This document shows, one piece after another, positions 42,735-61,222 of a stretch of DNA of 64,000 nt (the first letter of the stretch is position 1; every line of letters starts with the position of its first letter). Source of the DNA: Eledone cirrhosa (Eukaryota); NCBI GenBank assembly GCA_964016885.1, contig OZ024741.1:377704001-377768000 (forward strand), given 5' to 3'. Made by a program: the position numbers and the translations under genes. The notes under the pieces are model-generated. The model was given only the letters and a program-made list of their open reading frames with translations, had not been told where the DNA came from and did no database searches.

Positions 42735-43820
42735 CATAGTCAATAAATAACTGTCATGTGAATAAGTATAATACATCACGCGTTACAAATTTATTATTAT
42801 ATTTGCCTTTAAAACAAGATGGAGGGGGGGGGGACTTAGATTGTTTTTTCATATATGAGTGAAATGTGGTTGGTTGATGCAGTCACGTGAATAAGCGCAT
42901 CAACTTTCGCGCCAGTTTGTGTTTAAAGTTTTTTTTATAAATATAATTTGATTGGTTATAAATTAAATTATGATTGTCACGTGAACAAGTACATTAAATT
43001 TCGCGCCCGTATTTGGGAATTTTGTTGTAGCCATTTAGAGAATTATGTGCCAAACAAAAGGTAATGGTCAAGAAAAAGGGGATGGGGAGAATTGTTCTGG
43101 TTCAGTGCGTATGGCTGGTGTGCTGACGTGTCAAAATTCAGACTTTCTACTCAGAAATAAACAAAGTAAAGATATGTATTTTTATTTGTGTGCTGGTGTG
43201 TACCTGTGTAGGAAAATGATTCTATTATTAGAAAGGTGGGGGGTTATGTTTGTGTGTATGGGTGTTATATATGTGTGTGGGAGTATGGTTAGCATGTTAA
43301 GGTGTTAACAAAATGTATATTAAACTATATTTAATGCTGGTCTATATTTTTGAATAAACATATTTTCTTTATTTATTAGTAATTTGATGTGCTTATTTAC
43401 GTGACTGCACCAACCAACCAAATTTCACTCATATAAGAAAAATAAATCTAACCCCTCTTCCCTCCCCTCTTTTTTTAAAGGCAAATATAAGAACTTTTTA
43501 ACGTGAGCTGGCGCGAAATGCATTATACTTATTCACATGACAGTCATCAACCAAAGAAATTTCTTTTCTAAAAACCAAGCATATCGAGCCATTTTTTTCC
43601 ATATAAAACAGAAGTAACATTCTAAAATCAACTAGATGTGAGAAAAACCACAAACCCTCCATCACAATTCTACTTTTGAAAATCACAAGAACAGCGAAAC
43701 CTGAAAAGGAACCAAATAATTATTCTTAAAAGACTCTAGTTGCATTTTCGATTTCATATTTTTTCCTGTAATACATCTTCTTTGTTTTCATTTTGTAAAA
43801 AGAACCTCATTTTCTTGTAT
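42735..43820. mobile_element. Inverted pair of Neptune-like pLTR/3' UTR fragments (family of 16030-18880)
   Basis: ~42750-42905 is inverted relative to ~43385-43545. 42940-43310 matches the reverse complement of 17600-18450 pieces. 43560-43815 matches 18600-18875, including a decayed TTGAAAA..GAAACC HHR at ~43676. Confidence 0.75.
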
Positions 43821-43829
43821 ATATATATA

Positions 43830-44060
43830 AGAAGAGGGAGTAGGATAGAACACAGGAGAGGCACAAAACAAAGAAAATAATCCCCAGACACCGAAGAGGT
43901 CAGAGAATGAGTGACGAAACACTTTGACAATATATGAACAAACGTCCGGTTATGGAAACAACAAACCAACTGGAATTCTTAAATTTATAAATTTAATTTA
44001 TAATTAGTCAAAGCTAAGGTGCGTGTGTTACTTATTGCCAACATGACTCTCCCAAAGCAT

Positions 44061-44066
<6 letters not shown>
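43830..44066 (+). mobile_element. Solo pLTR fragment (family of 14027-14302)
   Basis: Decayed HHR CCGAAGA-GGTCA..TGAC-GAAA (~43891-43919); ends CATGACTCTCCCAAAGCATAACAA(TA)n. Confidence 0.6.
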
Positions 44067-44145
<79 letters not shown>

Positions 44146-44159
44146 CATACATATATGTA

Positions 44160-48876
<4,717 letters not shown>

Positions 48877-48879
48877 GCT

Positions 48880-51800
48880 ATTAATAATATATAGATCTCA
48901 ATTTTTATCTTTTAATTTATAAATCTTAATAATTTAACTGACATATTTAATTGATAAATTAAACATTTAATCAAATTTAAACATTAGATAAAATTCTCCG
49001 ATTATTATTATTTATTTATTTATCCACGCTTTATATATTTAATCTTTCGCTTCATCATCTCATGAATTACGTTAATACAACACATCCTCACTTAGGGTTT
49101 TCTCTCTTTCTCTTTCTTTTGTTTTCCTTCTTTGGGTTTGCTCTTTCTTTTTCTTTTTCTTTTTTCCCTATTCCAACAGCTTAATTTAAATGTACTGGGA
49201 TTTAAACCTCTCCGACACCAATTTGCATAATAGACCAATAATAAAATTAGTAACCCCACTCACTATCCGGGAGCTTCCAACCGACATGGTCGCATTCTTT
49301 AAGAGTATGTCAATATTTGTTTATAAAACTGATCTATATTATATTTTATCTGATGAAAGCGCATCATAATTTGCTTTGGTGTCCTTGAAATATGTATAAT
49401 GAAATAAATATGGTTTTATAAATATAGTTTCCATTTGTTAATATATTGTATTTTTACTCCAATAATTTGTTGAGTTCTTTATATCAGTTATAAAAAGATT
49501 TGCTTGTTGTATCCCAACAAATTAAATATAACTTCTACATATATTCTGCGCTTTTACTGCCGAGCGCTTTATATTATAACTGAAAAATAATGGAATTCTT
49601 TAAGATCTCTTCTTCTCTAAAGGACATATCGATACCTAGGATTAAAGACTTTATAAAACAATTAATAGAAACATCAGACTCATTTATAAGAAGAATCAGG
49701 TGGCGTGCTTTCCACTTCGATAAATCTGATGTAAAAAAGAGTATTTCCAATCTTGATAGAATCTTCAAATCTAAAAAAACTCACCTTCCAACAAACTACT
49801 AATGAATTATGAAAATGAAATCATCTCTATCATTCAAAGCATTACATTAAAAACAAACAACTTCATAGGCCAGGATTACCTAAGAAATCTCAAAAGTAAT
49901 ATTGAAATCTTGGAGGAAATGTAAAAAATTCTAGTCAAGTCAGATAAAAAAAATAATCTTTATGGAATGCAAAAGGATATTTATAACGATCTTATATTAA
50001 AGGAATTAAGGAAGAAATACAAAATAACAACTATTGACGACCTTGAAAAATTGAATACAGATGCCTCTTACATAATGCAGGAATTAGGCATTGAAAATAG
50101 GACACAATCCTTCATGCCAAGGAAACCAAAAATTAATATGAAGGACCATAAAAGGAACTTTGAAATTTACTTACCAGTTAGATTAATTACACCATCTATA
50201 TCGGACCTTGGCATATTAGCAATAACATTTTAGACAGAATAATACCACAAATTAAGGAATTATCTTATTTAAAATTATGGAAAGGAACTAACGAAGTTAT
50301 CGAATGGTTTAAAGACATTAAATATAACTATAATAATAAGTTTATTCAATTGGATATTGCTAATTATTACTCAACCATCACTCCTAATCTACTTAATAAA
50401 GCACTAACATATGCATTTAAACATACAGACTTAACTAATAATGAAATGCACATTATCCTAATGGCACGGAAAACCATTAAATTTAACAACCACCTCTGGA
50501 CTAGAGCAGATAGAGACAATGATTTCGATATCGCTATGGGGTCATCTGATTCCGCCCAAATAACGGATCTTGTGGCGCTTTTTATAAATAATACTCTACA
50601 TAGGAAAATACCAGAGATGACCGGAGGTTTGTATCGCGACGCTATGATATTAATTATCGAAAATAATAACTGTTAATTAAATATGAAAAGAAAAGAGATT
50701 ATACAATTGTTTAATTACCTTAATCTTAAAGTAGAAATAGAGAATAATTATAAAATAGTTAACTTTCTAGATGTAACCTTAAACCTTAACACATGTCTAT
50801 ATTATCCATTTCACAAATTAAAGGAGAACTTAAACTACGTAAACTTTAACTCCAATCACCACCAGATCGGTTAAAAATACTATAGTAAATTATGTACAGC
50901 AACGCATTTCTAGAATTTCAGCTAATTAGAATATGTTTGATGATAAAGCCCAGTACTACAAGCGAAGCGTTAGGTAGAGCTGGATATAGTAATAAAATTA
51001 AATAGATTGATAATAATAATATAACAACTAACCATAATATTAACAACTATAATAGAAAAGCTTACAATAATTCGAAAAAACAAAAAAAATAAATAGAAAC
51101 TAGGAATATATTATGGTTCGCTCCTCCTTTCTCATTAAATATTAAAACTCCTATTGCTAAACTATTCTTTAAAGCACTTGACAAATGCTTCCCTAGAACA
51201 CATAGATATTACTCAATATTTCATAGACATACTATAAAATTAACTTATTCAACCACCAGTACTTTAGCGCAGAATATTATTAGAATTAATAATAGAAATT
51301 TAAAACCTAACCAGAATACCATTTACAACCCCAGCAATATCCAATATAATAATACGGCTCCTAGTAACTTGAATTTTGATAAATGTAGCTGTAGAAATAA
51401 ATCTAACTGTCCGTTAAATAACAATTGTTTAGCTAAAAATATGGTATATAATTGTAATGTAAAAACTAATTTAAATTCATTTAATTATGTAGGTTCTACG
51501 TCCATAGACTTTAAATCTCATTTTAATAACCATAACTGCTCTTTTACGAATATAAATAAAACATATTCAACTTCTCTATCTAGCTTACTATGAGACCTAA
51601 AGTTAAAGAACTTTAACTATTCTGTACTTTGGAATATTATCTCCAAAGCACTTCCATTCAATACTTCTGCTGAAAATTGTGCTCTTTGCATAGAGCGAAT
51701 ATTCTTTATATTAAAAAGCAACAATTCTGTCAATTTAAGGAACAATCTTTTCAGTTGATGCAAACATAGTTTAAATTCAACGTTTAAATATAAATTTAAA

Positions 51801-52992
51801 ATGTAATATATAACTCATCTTATTAAACCTATCGATAAATCATTAGATTCCTTCATACGACTGCCTAAAACTCTCTTAAATGGAAAATGTGTTCCTTAAC
51901 AATTTTTCCTTGAAAACTCTTCTAGATAAACATACTGAACGTTAAAAAAAAAAAGGGATTTTTTGAAAATATTTTTTTTGAAAATTTCTCCTATGGGTAT
52001 AAACAATTAAGAGAAACATACTGAAAGTTTCTAAAAAAAAGGGTTCTTGTTAATTCCTCTGATGGATACAAAAAAATTATAATTCATATTTTATATTGTC
52101 TTTTTTCTTAAAAATGATATTGCTGAAAAATTATAATTCCTTTTAAAATTATATAATTACATTTTTTAAAATTGTAATTCCTTTTAAAATTATAATCATT
52201 TTTAAAATTATAACTCATATTTTATTTCATGTAATGTATTTTGTATTTATATATACATGTATATATGTATATATATATATGTATATGTATGTATATATAT
52301 ATATATGTATGTATATATGTGTATGTCTATATATATGTATATATGTATGTATGTCTGTATATGTATATATATCAAAATGTATAATTTGAATACATTCTAT
52401 GAATGAAGCCGTATAAAAGGTTTTTTACAGTTTATGCTTTAGATGTATTCTCATGAAATAATTTAAACATTAAGACGTTATAGTAAACAAACTTATATGT
52501 TAACAGTCACAACTGTATAACAGGTGGATTTATAAAATATATAAAATTCATAAAATTATAACTTACAATAAAATAATATAAGATTTGTTTCATCAGTTTA
52601 ACCTTTATAACATTTAATCCTTAGAGCTATCTAAATTACAAATAAATCAGTTAATTTCTTTCACGCTGTATGGTTATTACGAAGAAGAGATTGTTCTTTT
52701 GTAAAATCTCTGAATTTTCATGGGTTTAGAAACATTCCTATATTTTACATATAACATTATTTCATTTTTTATTTTTTTATTATTTATCCTTATTATTTGT
52801 TATTGATCACTAATTGAAAAATTAATAATTAATTGGCGATTGATGATTAAAATAAATTTATATATGGTTATGTAATAATAACATATATTTTAATAACATT
52901 TTTTAATAATATATATATATATATATATTCTTTTAATAATATATAGATCTCAATTTTTAATTTTTAATTCATAGATCTCAATAATTTAACTG
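48880..52992 (+). mobile_element. Naiad-like PLE copy B, head-to-head with copy A
   Basis: 5' pLTR 48880-49540, ATG 49590, broken RT (GGLYRD) and GIY-YIG to ~51800, 3' UTR. The 3' pLTR starts ~52930 and is cut off by the next PLE. Confidence 0.92.
49342..49406 (+). ncRNA. Type I hammerhead ribozyme (copies at 48775-48839 -, 44289-44353 -, 45110-45174 -, 45331-45394 +)
   Basis: TATTTTAT-CTGATGA-AAG..CATCA/TGGTG..CTT-GAAA-TATGTA-TA-ATGAAATA; 8-bp stem I. Confidence 0.82.
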
Positions 52993-54150
52993 CCACACAC
53001 ACCACACATTTCCTGGAAGTACTCAAACTGAACGGATACACGACATCCAACACAAACCGTGCCAGAAAGAACAGAGGACACTACACCCGAGGCACTAACA
53101 CTTGCTTCCTGAAGCTCCCACACTTCAGTGAAGAAACAAAAATAGCCATCCGCAGAGCTATCAGACGAGAGGGAATAGATATCCAACTGGCCCACTCAGG
53201 TCCTTCTCTACGCGGACAGCTAACCAAAAGACACTCCACCAGACATGACAACTGCTGCAGACTATCCAACTGCCCCATCAACGACACAGACCTATGCCAC
53301 CAGGCTTACGTCGTATACAGACTAGAGTGTGACAAATGCAACAATTTCTACGTAGGTAGCACCACCAGACCACTCCACATAAGAAAAAAAGAACACCTCA
53401 ATACTAACGCTTCCTCATTTAAGAAACACCTAGTTAAATGCAAAAAACACCGACAAAACCATAGCAGTTAGGATAGAAACTACGGAAAGAAACCTCGGCA
53501 ATCTTAGAATTAAGGAAGCACTAATTATAGATAAAACACACCCACCAATCAATAATAGACTAGAACTCAACACCCATTTTATAACCTGATAGAGCTTCTA
53601 GCCCCATACTTACACCCCTCCCCCACACGCTTACACCTCCACTTATTCTCTCTCACACATACACACACAAAACCAGTTCTAACACCAGATAACACCTATC
53701 CCCCACATTTACGAATAGACATATCTTCTCACACTCACACACACACCACACTCACATACTTACACCTTCATGTATTCTCCCACACACTTAAACAGGCATG
53801 TATAAAAACAAAAAAACCCTTTTAAAGGGAGACTACTCTTTATCCACCTAATTTTAACTCTTTGGCATTAGAGATAGAACAGATACTCTATACCTTTTCC
53901 TGTCAGCATGACTTGGCAACCTATTTAGAACACTTGTTTGAGAGCTTTATTTCCCTCTGAAGAAGAGATATTATCTCGAAAATTAAGGACATTTAAATAA
54001 ATCTAAGGTAAAAGACCAATTGTCAACAATATCTTTTGCATTTGCATTCCCTATTCTATGTCCATACCTGCATTGTTTTGGCTTTATTATACATATACAA
54101 ACGTGTATACCTCATTACACAATGATTTTAGTAAACTATAACCTCCTCCA
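52993..54150 (+). mobile_element. 5'-truncated Penelope/Poseidon-like PLE (GIY-YIG end + pLTR)
   Basis: ~53250-53450 reads CRLSNCPINDTDLCHQAYVVYRLECDKCNNFYVGSTTRPLHIRKKEHL, then LRIKEALII..HPPINNR.E. HHR present; ends in (TA)n. Confidence 0.88.
53954..53988 (+). ncRNA. Minimal type I hammerhead ribozyme
   Basis: CCT-CTGAAGA-A-GAGAT att ATCTC-GAAA-ATT-A-AGG. Confidence 0.75.
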
Positions 54151-54445
54151 TATATATATATATATATGTATACTTTAATCATTGTAACGGTCCGTATCGA
54201 TCTGGCCTGACTCTGGAATCAAAACTTCGTTGGACTTATGTTACGGTAAAGACAGAAAGTGAATCAATCTCCCTTTACCATACCAGAAGTTTTCGAGGTC
54301 TTGGTTCCAGAGTCGGATCACATAGATACAGATCGAACCTTGAGCTGATCAATCGTGAAACGTGCGCCATTCATCAATAAATGCAATGAAGATAAAGCAC
54401 CTCCTCTTTCTTATTATTATTGTATATATACACATACATATAAGT

Positions 54446-54500
<55 letters not shown>

Positions 54501-54504
<4 letters not shown>

Positions 54505-54889
54505 CTGTTCCTTCAACCTCACCCGGTCGCCCCGGGGCGACCGGCTGAGGTTCAAGGAACAGAATAGCGGTCGCCCTCGGGTCCTCGATTATCAGCCCCA
54601 TGGATTTTATCTATTACATTCACGTATTATATTTCGAATACCTGATGATATCACCGGATTCATACGGAACCCGGTCATTGAAATGATCATAGTATAATAA
54701 ACCTTTCAAGGATTTACACAAATCCAGCTTCCTGTCATTTCATTATAATATTTAACTCAGTAATAGCAGCACCAACTACATAAACAAAGAGGGTCGAACT
54801 GCTTTACGTTGAGTACTCTCTATATTATTGCATTACGATTGACCATACGGAATAGACCAGCTCTATACAGTGGTGAACCTCAAACCTGA

Positions 54890-54893
<4 letters not shown>
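54501..54893 (+). mobile_element. Solo pLTR with 5' GC-rich perfect-apex hairpin and HHR, between (TA)n tracts
   Basis: Hairpin 54503-54564 (apex CCCC/GGGG, no loop), HHR, AATAAA and TTGAGTACT motif. Confidence 0.8.
54638..54695 (+). ncRNA. Type I hammerhead ribozyme
   Basis: ATAC-CTGATGA-..ACCGG.TTC atacg GAA.CCGGT..-GAAA-TGATCA-TA-GTAT, then AATAAA (54696). Confidence 0.82.
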
Positions 54894-54929
<36 letters not shown>

Positions 54930-55979
54930 GGGGGGGGGTATCTTTGTGTGTATATATATATATGTATATATATATATGTGTGTATTATGAATAGATATAT
55001 GTATTTTTTAAGCTGTATGACTTTTTATCTAAAGTTCTTAGAAAGTTAAAAGCGATAAATTACATCGAATTATTTTCCCGGTTTGATTTCTTTGTAATAT
55101 CTTTCTGAATCGGAATACATTTCAAACGATTTGGTTATAAAGATCTATTGAACATATATTTAAATCGATTGGCTCAGGTATCTCATGATACTAAGTATTA
55201 TATGACGTTTTATAAATGTTTGTTACGGGCCGTTTGGAACATTAATGTACATACATACATTTATATATTTGTGTTTATCCTCTCGAGAGTGTGTTGGATT
55301 CCGTGATTTTGTATGTGTCGATATATATTAACGGGTGTATAAGTATGTTTAAGGACAGATATTAGAACTTCTTTGAAGTGTGTCAAATGTTTATATACAA
55401 AAAACATAGATTTAATCTTGACTTGAATATTGTACGTCCTGATCATATAAATCTGTGTCCTGATCATATCTATGAGCTGTGTTAATTACTCAACTACAAT
55501 CGCTGTGCCCGTTTTATCGTTACACAGCTTGTGAAATTTGCTTAATTTTTAAAGATGCTTCCATAAAGTGAAGGTTAGTCTCAAAATAGATACGTTTCAT
55601 GTTTTTTCATACCGAGATATGAACTGACGAGATGTGAACTTTTCTAAACCTCGAGATTACACAGCTTCAATTAGCGATGATATGATTCTTAAGTGAAAAC
55701 TTATATCGAGACCAATTTGTTTAGTTTATTATATATAGACACATCATATATATTTATCTGAATCATGGTGTGTTAATTATATCATCAATTTAGTAAATAT
55801 ATTTATCATAGTACGATCAATAAATATGATATATGTACAATTTTAATACTACTCGCTGAATTTCGTTAAAGAAAACCATTCGAAGTACATAACAAAGCCT
55901 AAAAGACGGTGGCAACCTAAATATGGGACCAGGAACGACCATAATTAATTAGTGTCACTTAGAGAACATTCTAACCCGC

Positions 55980-56092
55980 ATGGTGAATTGGCAGTATCGG
56001 TAGAGAGTCGGACGCCATGTTTTCCTGCATAGTTACGTCTCTTTACGGTCTGAGTTCAAATCCCGTCGACGTTAACTTTGTCTTTCATCCTT
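55980..56092 (+). mobile_element. tRNA-derived CORE-type SINE fragment
   Basis: TGGCAGTATCGGTAG..GAGTTCAAATCCCG..CTTTGTCTTTCATCCT; same family as 58195-58365. Confidence 0.7.
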
Positions 56093-56558
56093 ACAACAGT
56101 AGAAACAGTTATCACCTTAAAAGAAGAACGACTCATAATGGACTCCCGATCACTAGAATTAGACACATTTTCATAAGATTTCTTCAGTATTAAACAGATA
56201 GAAATATTAAAAGGTTATACAAATGAAATTCAACAAACCCTGATTCACGTTGTACAAAACATTGACAATTTCAAAATGTGTTTATATCTCATGGCAATTT
56301 ATACAAATGCTACACAGTGAACGTACACAAGATGTCTTCATAAACTGCCTAACAAGCACAGAAATTCTATTTTAGAAGTTGATACACAAATTACCTTGAA
56401 AGCATAATATAAGGAATATCATTTCCTCATTGTGACAATATAAAGTGTATATAATCGAAATTCCTCTTTTTTTCATTATCTCTTTCCGTCTCACTATTTA
56501 TCCGTTTATTTATCTACCACTCAATCTATCAATCGAACTATGTATCTGTCTATCTAAC

Positions 56559-56632
<74 letters not shown>

Positions 56633-58194
56633 GTACTAATATAAAAATGTGCAAGCATTAACAGCATACATGAAGCATGCCTTTTAAATTAATAAAAAGG
56701 TAAACACTTTTAGTAGAACGGGATTATGAAAGCTATGACATTTACCATTCCGGTTCAAAAACAGAAACAGAGAGCCAAAGGAATGTTTAGCTATCATGAA
56801 AACTCACCCCTTAGTTATGACCATGTATGCTTTGGAAGATCAATCTATAAACGCAAGTAGATGTACGGAAATGTTATCATTCTTAAAAATAATAGTAAAA
56901 CGTTATTGAATAATATATTTTTCATAGGAATTCTAAAACCCTGTATAAATTTATTATATTACGTTTTTATTTGATATATATTCTAATTATATTCTCACTA
57001 TTACGCTGATAAATTACCTCCTATATTTTATGCAGAAAAAGTTGCATTGGTTGGGTATATCATATAATATGTACTTACAAAATGATATAAAATATAGAAG
57101 ACTTTATTAACAATGGACTTATAGAAATATACAATGAGACCTACTAAACTAATAAATTACAATAATATTCGATTAAATATGCTGATACAGCCATGTACGT
57201 AGAAACATAGATATACAGACATATAGATAGATATAACTATAGATACAGGGATAAACAACAATATATATATATATATGTGTGTGTGCGAGTGTGATATGAA
57301 CACACGCACATACACACATGCACATGCACAAACGCACATACACACATGCATGTGAACACACACACACATATATATATATATATGTATACAGAGAGTGAGA
57401 GAGAGAAAGCGATAGATATATAGATTGACAGATAGATAGATAGATAGAGAGAGAGAGGGGGAGAGTGACAGGGAGAGAGAGAAAGAGAACGAGAAATATA
57501 GGTAAATACTGAATGAGGTTGCTAATGAAAGAAATCTGTTGAACGATTAAATATCTAAAATTAACTGTTTATCTACATGGAAGTGAACAACGAGAAATTC
57601 TATTGTTTCTGTCATACTAGTTTTATGATTTAGAAATTGATTGTGTTTTATTATAGCTGTTCATTTAGGTAGTATTTACTGAAATATAGAGGAAGGACTG
57701 TACTGATTGAAAGTTGACATTGTTTGTTCTTATTCAGATATGCAATAAAAATCTATTTATATTTGCTCTTAATTGAAATTGTATATCAAATGTTTAATTA
57801 TGATTTCACAACTGCATTTTTACTGCACATGAAAGAGTCAATTAAATAATTAAAATTGGGTGTGGATTTGGATTTAATTAATCTCGTACTGTAGCATCAC
57901 CAGAATTTTAGTCGAGTTTTGATGACATTCCTCATACGCTAGCATTAACGCCGAATTTTTCGTTTGTTTCCACAGAGCACTCTTGTAGAAACTACAGCAT
58001 GCCGTATGCTCTGATCCGCATCTGTTTAAACTATTACGAATGCTAAAAATGTGATTAAATATTTTTTTTTGTTCAGTAGTTTAATCACAAAATGTGCCAT
58101 ACAATAACTTTTCTCCATTGAAATGTCTGATATTAGATATTACAGCCTGTATTACTTATATATGTGTTGTTATATGTCTATTTGTGTATCGCAA

Positions 58195-58365
58195 ATAATT
58201 ATTTCTACTTTAGGCACAAGGCCAGCAATTACCCAGTGCATTACTGGTACTTTATTTTATCGACCCCGTAAGGATGAAAGGCAAAGTCAACCTCGGCGGG
58301 ATTTGAACTCAGATCATAAAGGGACGTAACTATGATGGAAACCACGGCGTCCGACCCTCTACCGA
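58195..58365 (-). mobile_element. tRNA-derived CORE-type SINE
   Basis: Minus strand GAGTTCAAATCCCGCCGAGGTTGACTTTGCCTTTCATCCTTACGGGGTCGATAAAATAAAGTACCAG..CACTGGG..GGCCTTGTGCCTAAAGTAGAAAT. Confidence 0.8.
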
Positions 58366-59149
58366 TAATGATCGATTAACAACATTTTGTCTATATCTGT
58401 TAACGAATTTTTCTTAGAGGAAGTATAATTAAGTGTTATGTAGAGAAAAAACTGCAAAATTACATTATATAAATTGCACTCGAAATTATGCTGCAACAGT
58501 CGACGACCAATACAATATTTGTTGTTTTTGGGGGGTGTAGGGTTGAGTGTTAGAAGTTCATGATTTTCTTGATAAAGATCTATTTCTTGGTTGCCAATAT
58601 ATAGAAAATTTATATAATATTAACTAAGGGAATATTTTATGTTATTGAAATTGCTTTTGGCATTGCATAGTCATTTTGACAGTTATTGGGAATTTTCGCC
58701 TCATAGGAAGGTTGACGTTTGATATTTTAGAGGGGAAAACAGCAAGTTGTCTGTGATATTTGTTAAAATTGTCGCTTTGATTCAATGAGATCTCATATAT
58801 AAATGAGATATATCTTCAATATTACAAAGAACTTGATGAATGAAAAGTGAGTGATTTAGAAATACTTACAAAGCTACCTCAGAAATTCTACGTGATTCTT
58901 TCAATAATATTTCCCACAATAGAACCAATGGAGGCGTAAGGATCAATTACATGCCCGAGGACTGAATTGATAAATATATATTTCCTTTACATTTTCTTTC
59001 AGATATATTTTTTCTTAATTTGTATTTTTGCTATTTTTTTATTGATTTCCTTAGTTAACCAGATACTGCATCGGCTTTTAAATGCAGCAGACATTTAACA
59101 GGAGCAGACATTTTGGTATTGCACCAGATGGCAGGAAAATGCTTTGTTT

Positions 59150-60230
59150 CTAAAACGTGATCAAAGATGCCATCTGAGCAAAGAAAGAGGTAAATTAAAC
59201 TTGGCTTGGAAATAAATCCTCATTGTCGGGCTTGCGATAGGAGCAGGCACGAGACATCGCAGCAGAGACAGTAAACACCTCTAAGATTAAGAAATGGAAG
59301 ATATTTGGTGTTAAGCCGGAATCCAAATGTAGATCAGCAAATACACTGTTCTGGGAGACTATTCTCAGACTCCGTAATAAGAAACCCTATCCCACACTTG
59401 CTCTCAGGAAGTGTCTGCTTCTCTCCTCTTTTGAGAATGGACCATCATCACGAGGTGGAGAGATGACTCCTAAATTCAGGCAGATCAGCATCTTCTGATA
59501 TACAAAAATTTCATTTGAAGGCGATGTCTAAACCCTCGGAGGGAGTGGTTATGAATAAATTAAAGTTCCAATATGGCGCAGGGCCCTTGGGGAGACAGTA
59601 ATCCGGCCCGAGATGTTACAGAAGGTATTCTCTGGCTGAATAGTGAAAATCCTAAATTTAAAAAATGGGAGACCGTGAGTTCTCCAATTATAGAAGGAGC
59701 TCCTTGTTAAGGTACCTTGGTAATGTGCATGCTAAGTGTGTGCCAGATATGGGTAGGGATATATTGTCAATGCCAGACAAGTTGAGGAAGAGTGCGCCGG
59801 ACGCAACGCAACCAAGTAAATATTTACACGGAGTGATGTATTTGAGAAATCGTGGGAACATTACCAAGGAGCGTTTTCCTGCTTTGTAGACATAACAAAG
59901 GCATAAGATCGCAATCCATAGGCTCGTTTTGTGGAAGATTCTGCAGGAGTATAGGTTCGATGAACAGGTTATTATTGCCCGTTTGTCTCTATATAAATGC
60001 AGTAATATTCGTTTGAATATAGAGTGCTAGGTCGAAAATATTCAATGTTGTTGATGGACCCCTGCAAGTGTGTATACCATATGATCTCCCGTTCATAATA
60101 TTCATGAACTGGATTGACTTGCAAAACCAGATTAGAAGTGATATCAAGAATGGGGAGGGGGTATAGAATCAGTCTACTGGAATCTGTGGACGACATGGTA
60201 CTATGTAATACGTGGTAAATTGATCTGCAT
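59150..60230 (-). mobile_element. Possible highly decayed CRE-like LINE
   Basis: Raised GC and faint peptide echoes of CRE post-RT motifs across several frames. No clean motif. Confidence 0.25.
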
Positions 60231-60269
60231 CATACACCTGATACTTTTTCTCACAGGTACTAGTCGTCA

Positions 60270-60940
60270 GCAATGAATATCAGCAACGCGAAGGCTGAGA
60301 CAATAATTCTCTAAAGGAAGTCTGTGCAGTGCACTCTAAATGTGAGTGGAGTTCCACTAAAACAGGCGGAGATGTCCAAGTGTCTTGGAGTCGTGTTCAC
60401 GAATGATGGAATGTAGGAAATTTAACTAAGTACATATATCGCTGGAGTTAGTGCAGTAATGCACCATATTAAGCATTCGGTCATCAGAAGAAGGTGGGTA
60501 TGTGTAAAAGCCAAAGAGATTATATTCAATTCGGTATTCACGCCAACTCCTAACTTGGATAATGACCAAAAGAATACGGTCGTAAATACATGCGGCTAAA
60601 TTGGGGTTCCTCCGTAAAGGACTTGAAACATTATTCCTCCATATAGTGCGTAGCTCGGAGATCAGGGAATCGCTTAAGTTAAAGTCGGTTTTTCTACGAT
60701 TTCAGAGATCACAGCCCAATAAAAAAGGCTTCAGGTTAGAATGTCTCAGAAAGGAATCGTTGGGCATATTTTATTTGTAAAACCAACAGGCAAAGAAACC
60801 CAGAGGACGACCCAGAGCATGATTTTTGGATAATATCCATTAGCTGGATGTTCTGATTGGGGATCCAGCCGAATCAACTGTAGACGTTTGCTTCTGACAA
60901 GCCTTGCTGGATGTTTTATTGTGGACTCTGTCCCCATGAC
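60270..60940 (+). mobile_element. Decayed RTE-clade (Expander/Rex3-like) LINE 3' fragment
   Basis: GVPLKQAEMSKCLGVVFTNDG..SAVMHHIKHSVIRRR..KAK..FNSVFTP..AAKLGFLRK; homologous to 40430-41000. Confidence 0.75.
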
Positions 60941-61009
60941 TTTTCAGGAATAAGTGGGCAAATAATTATAATAATTAAAATAATAACAATAATAATAATA
61001 ATAATAATT

Positions 61010-61222
61010 AGCATCCAAACAGACCGAAAAATAGATGCAAATAGACCTGATATAATATTGAAGGACTTTCAAAGGAGGGTATGCCTGCTAATTGATATGT
61101 CTGTTCCAATAGACAAGAATGTATCTATAAAAACATTTGAAAAATTGAGCAAGTATAAGGACCTGGAGATAGAAATTGGAAAAATGTGGAAATTGAGAAC
61201 TAAAACAATACCAGTGGTTGGT
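61010..61222 (+). pseudogene. R4/Dong-clade restriction-like endonuclease fragment after a (TAA)n tract
   Basis: IQTDRKIDANRPDIILKD..CLLIDMSVP.D.N..K..EKLSKYKDLEIEIGKMWKL..IPVVG; begins right after (AAT)n at 60961-61009. Confidence 0.85.

Noticed and set aside
51756-51758. In-frame TGA at a Cys position (FS-TGA-CKH), suggestive of the selenocysteine recoding reported for some Naiad elements
   Set aside because: Sister copy A has TGC here, and copy B has other nonsense changes (e.g. TGG->TGA at 51591). No SECIS recognised, and the other Naiad ORFs have plain Cys. Best explained as decay.
57960-60300. Good-looking splice acceptors (~57975, ~59053, ~60256) and a donor (~59190)
   Set aside because: No open frame or homology links them; they could be lncRNA exons or chance matches.
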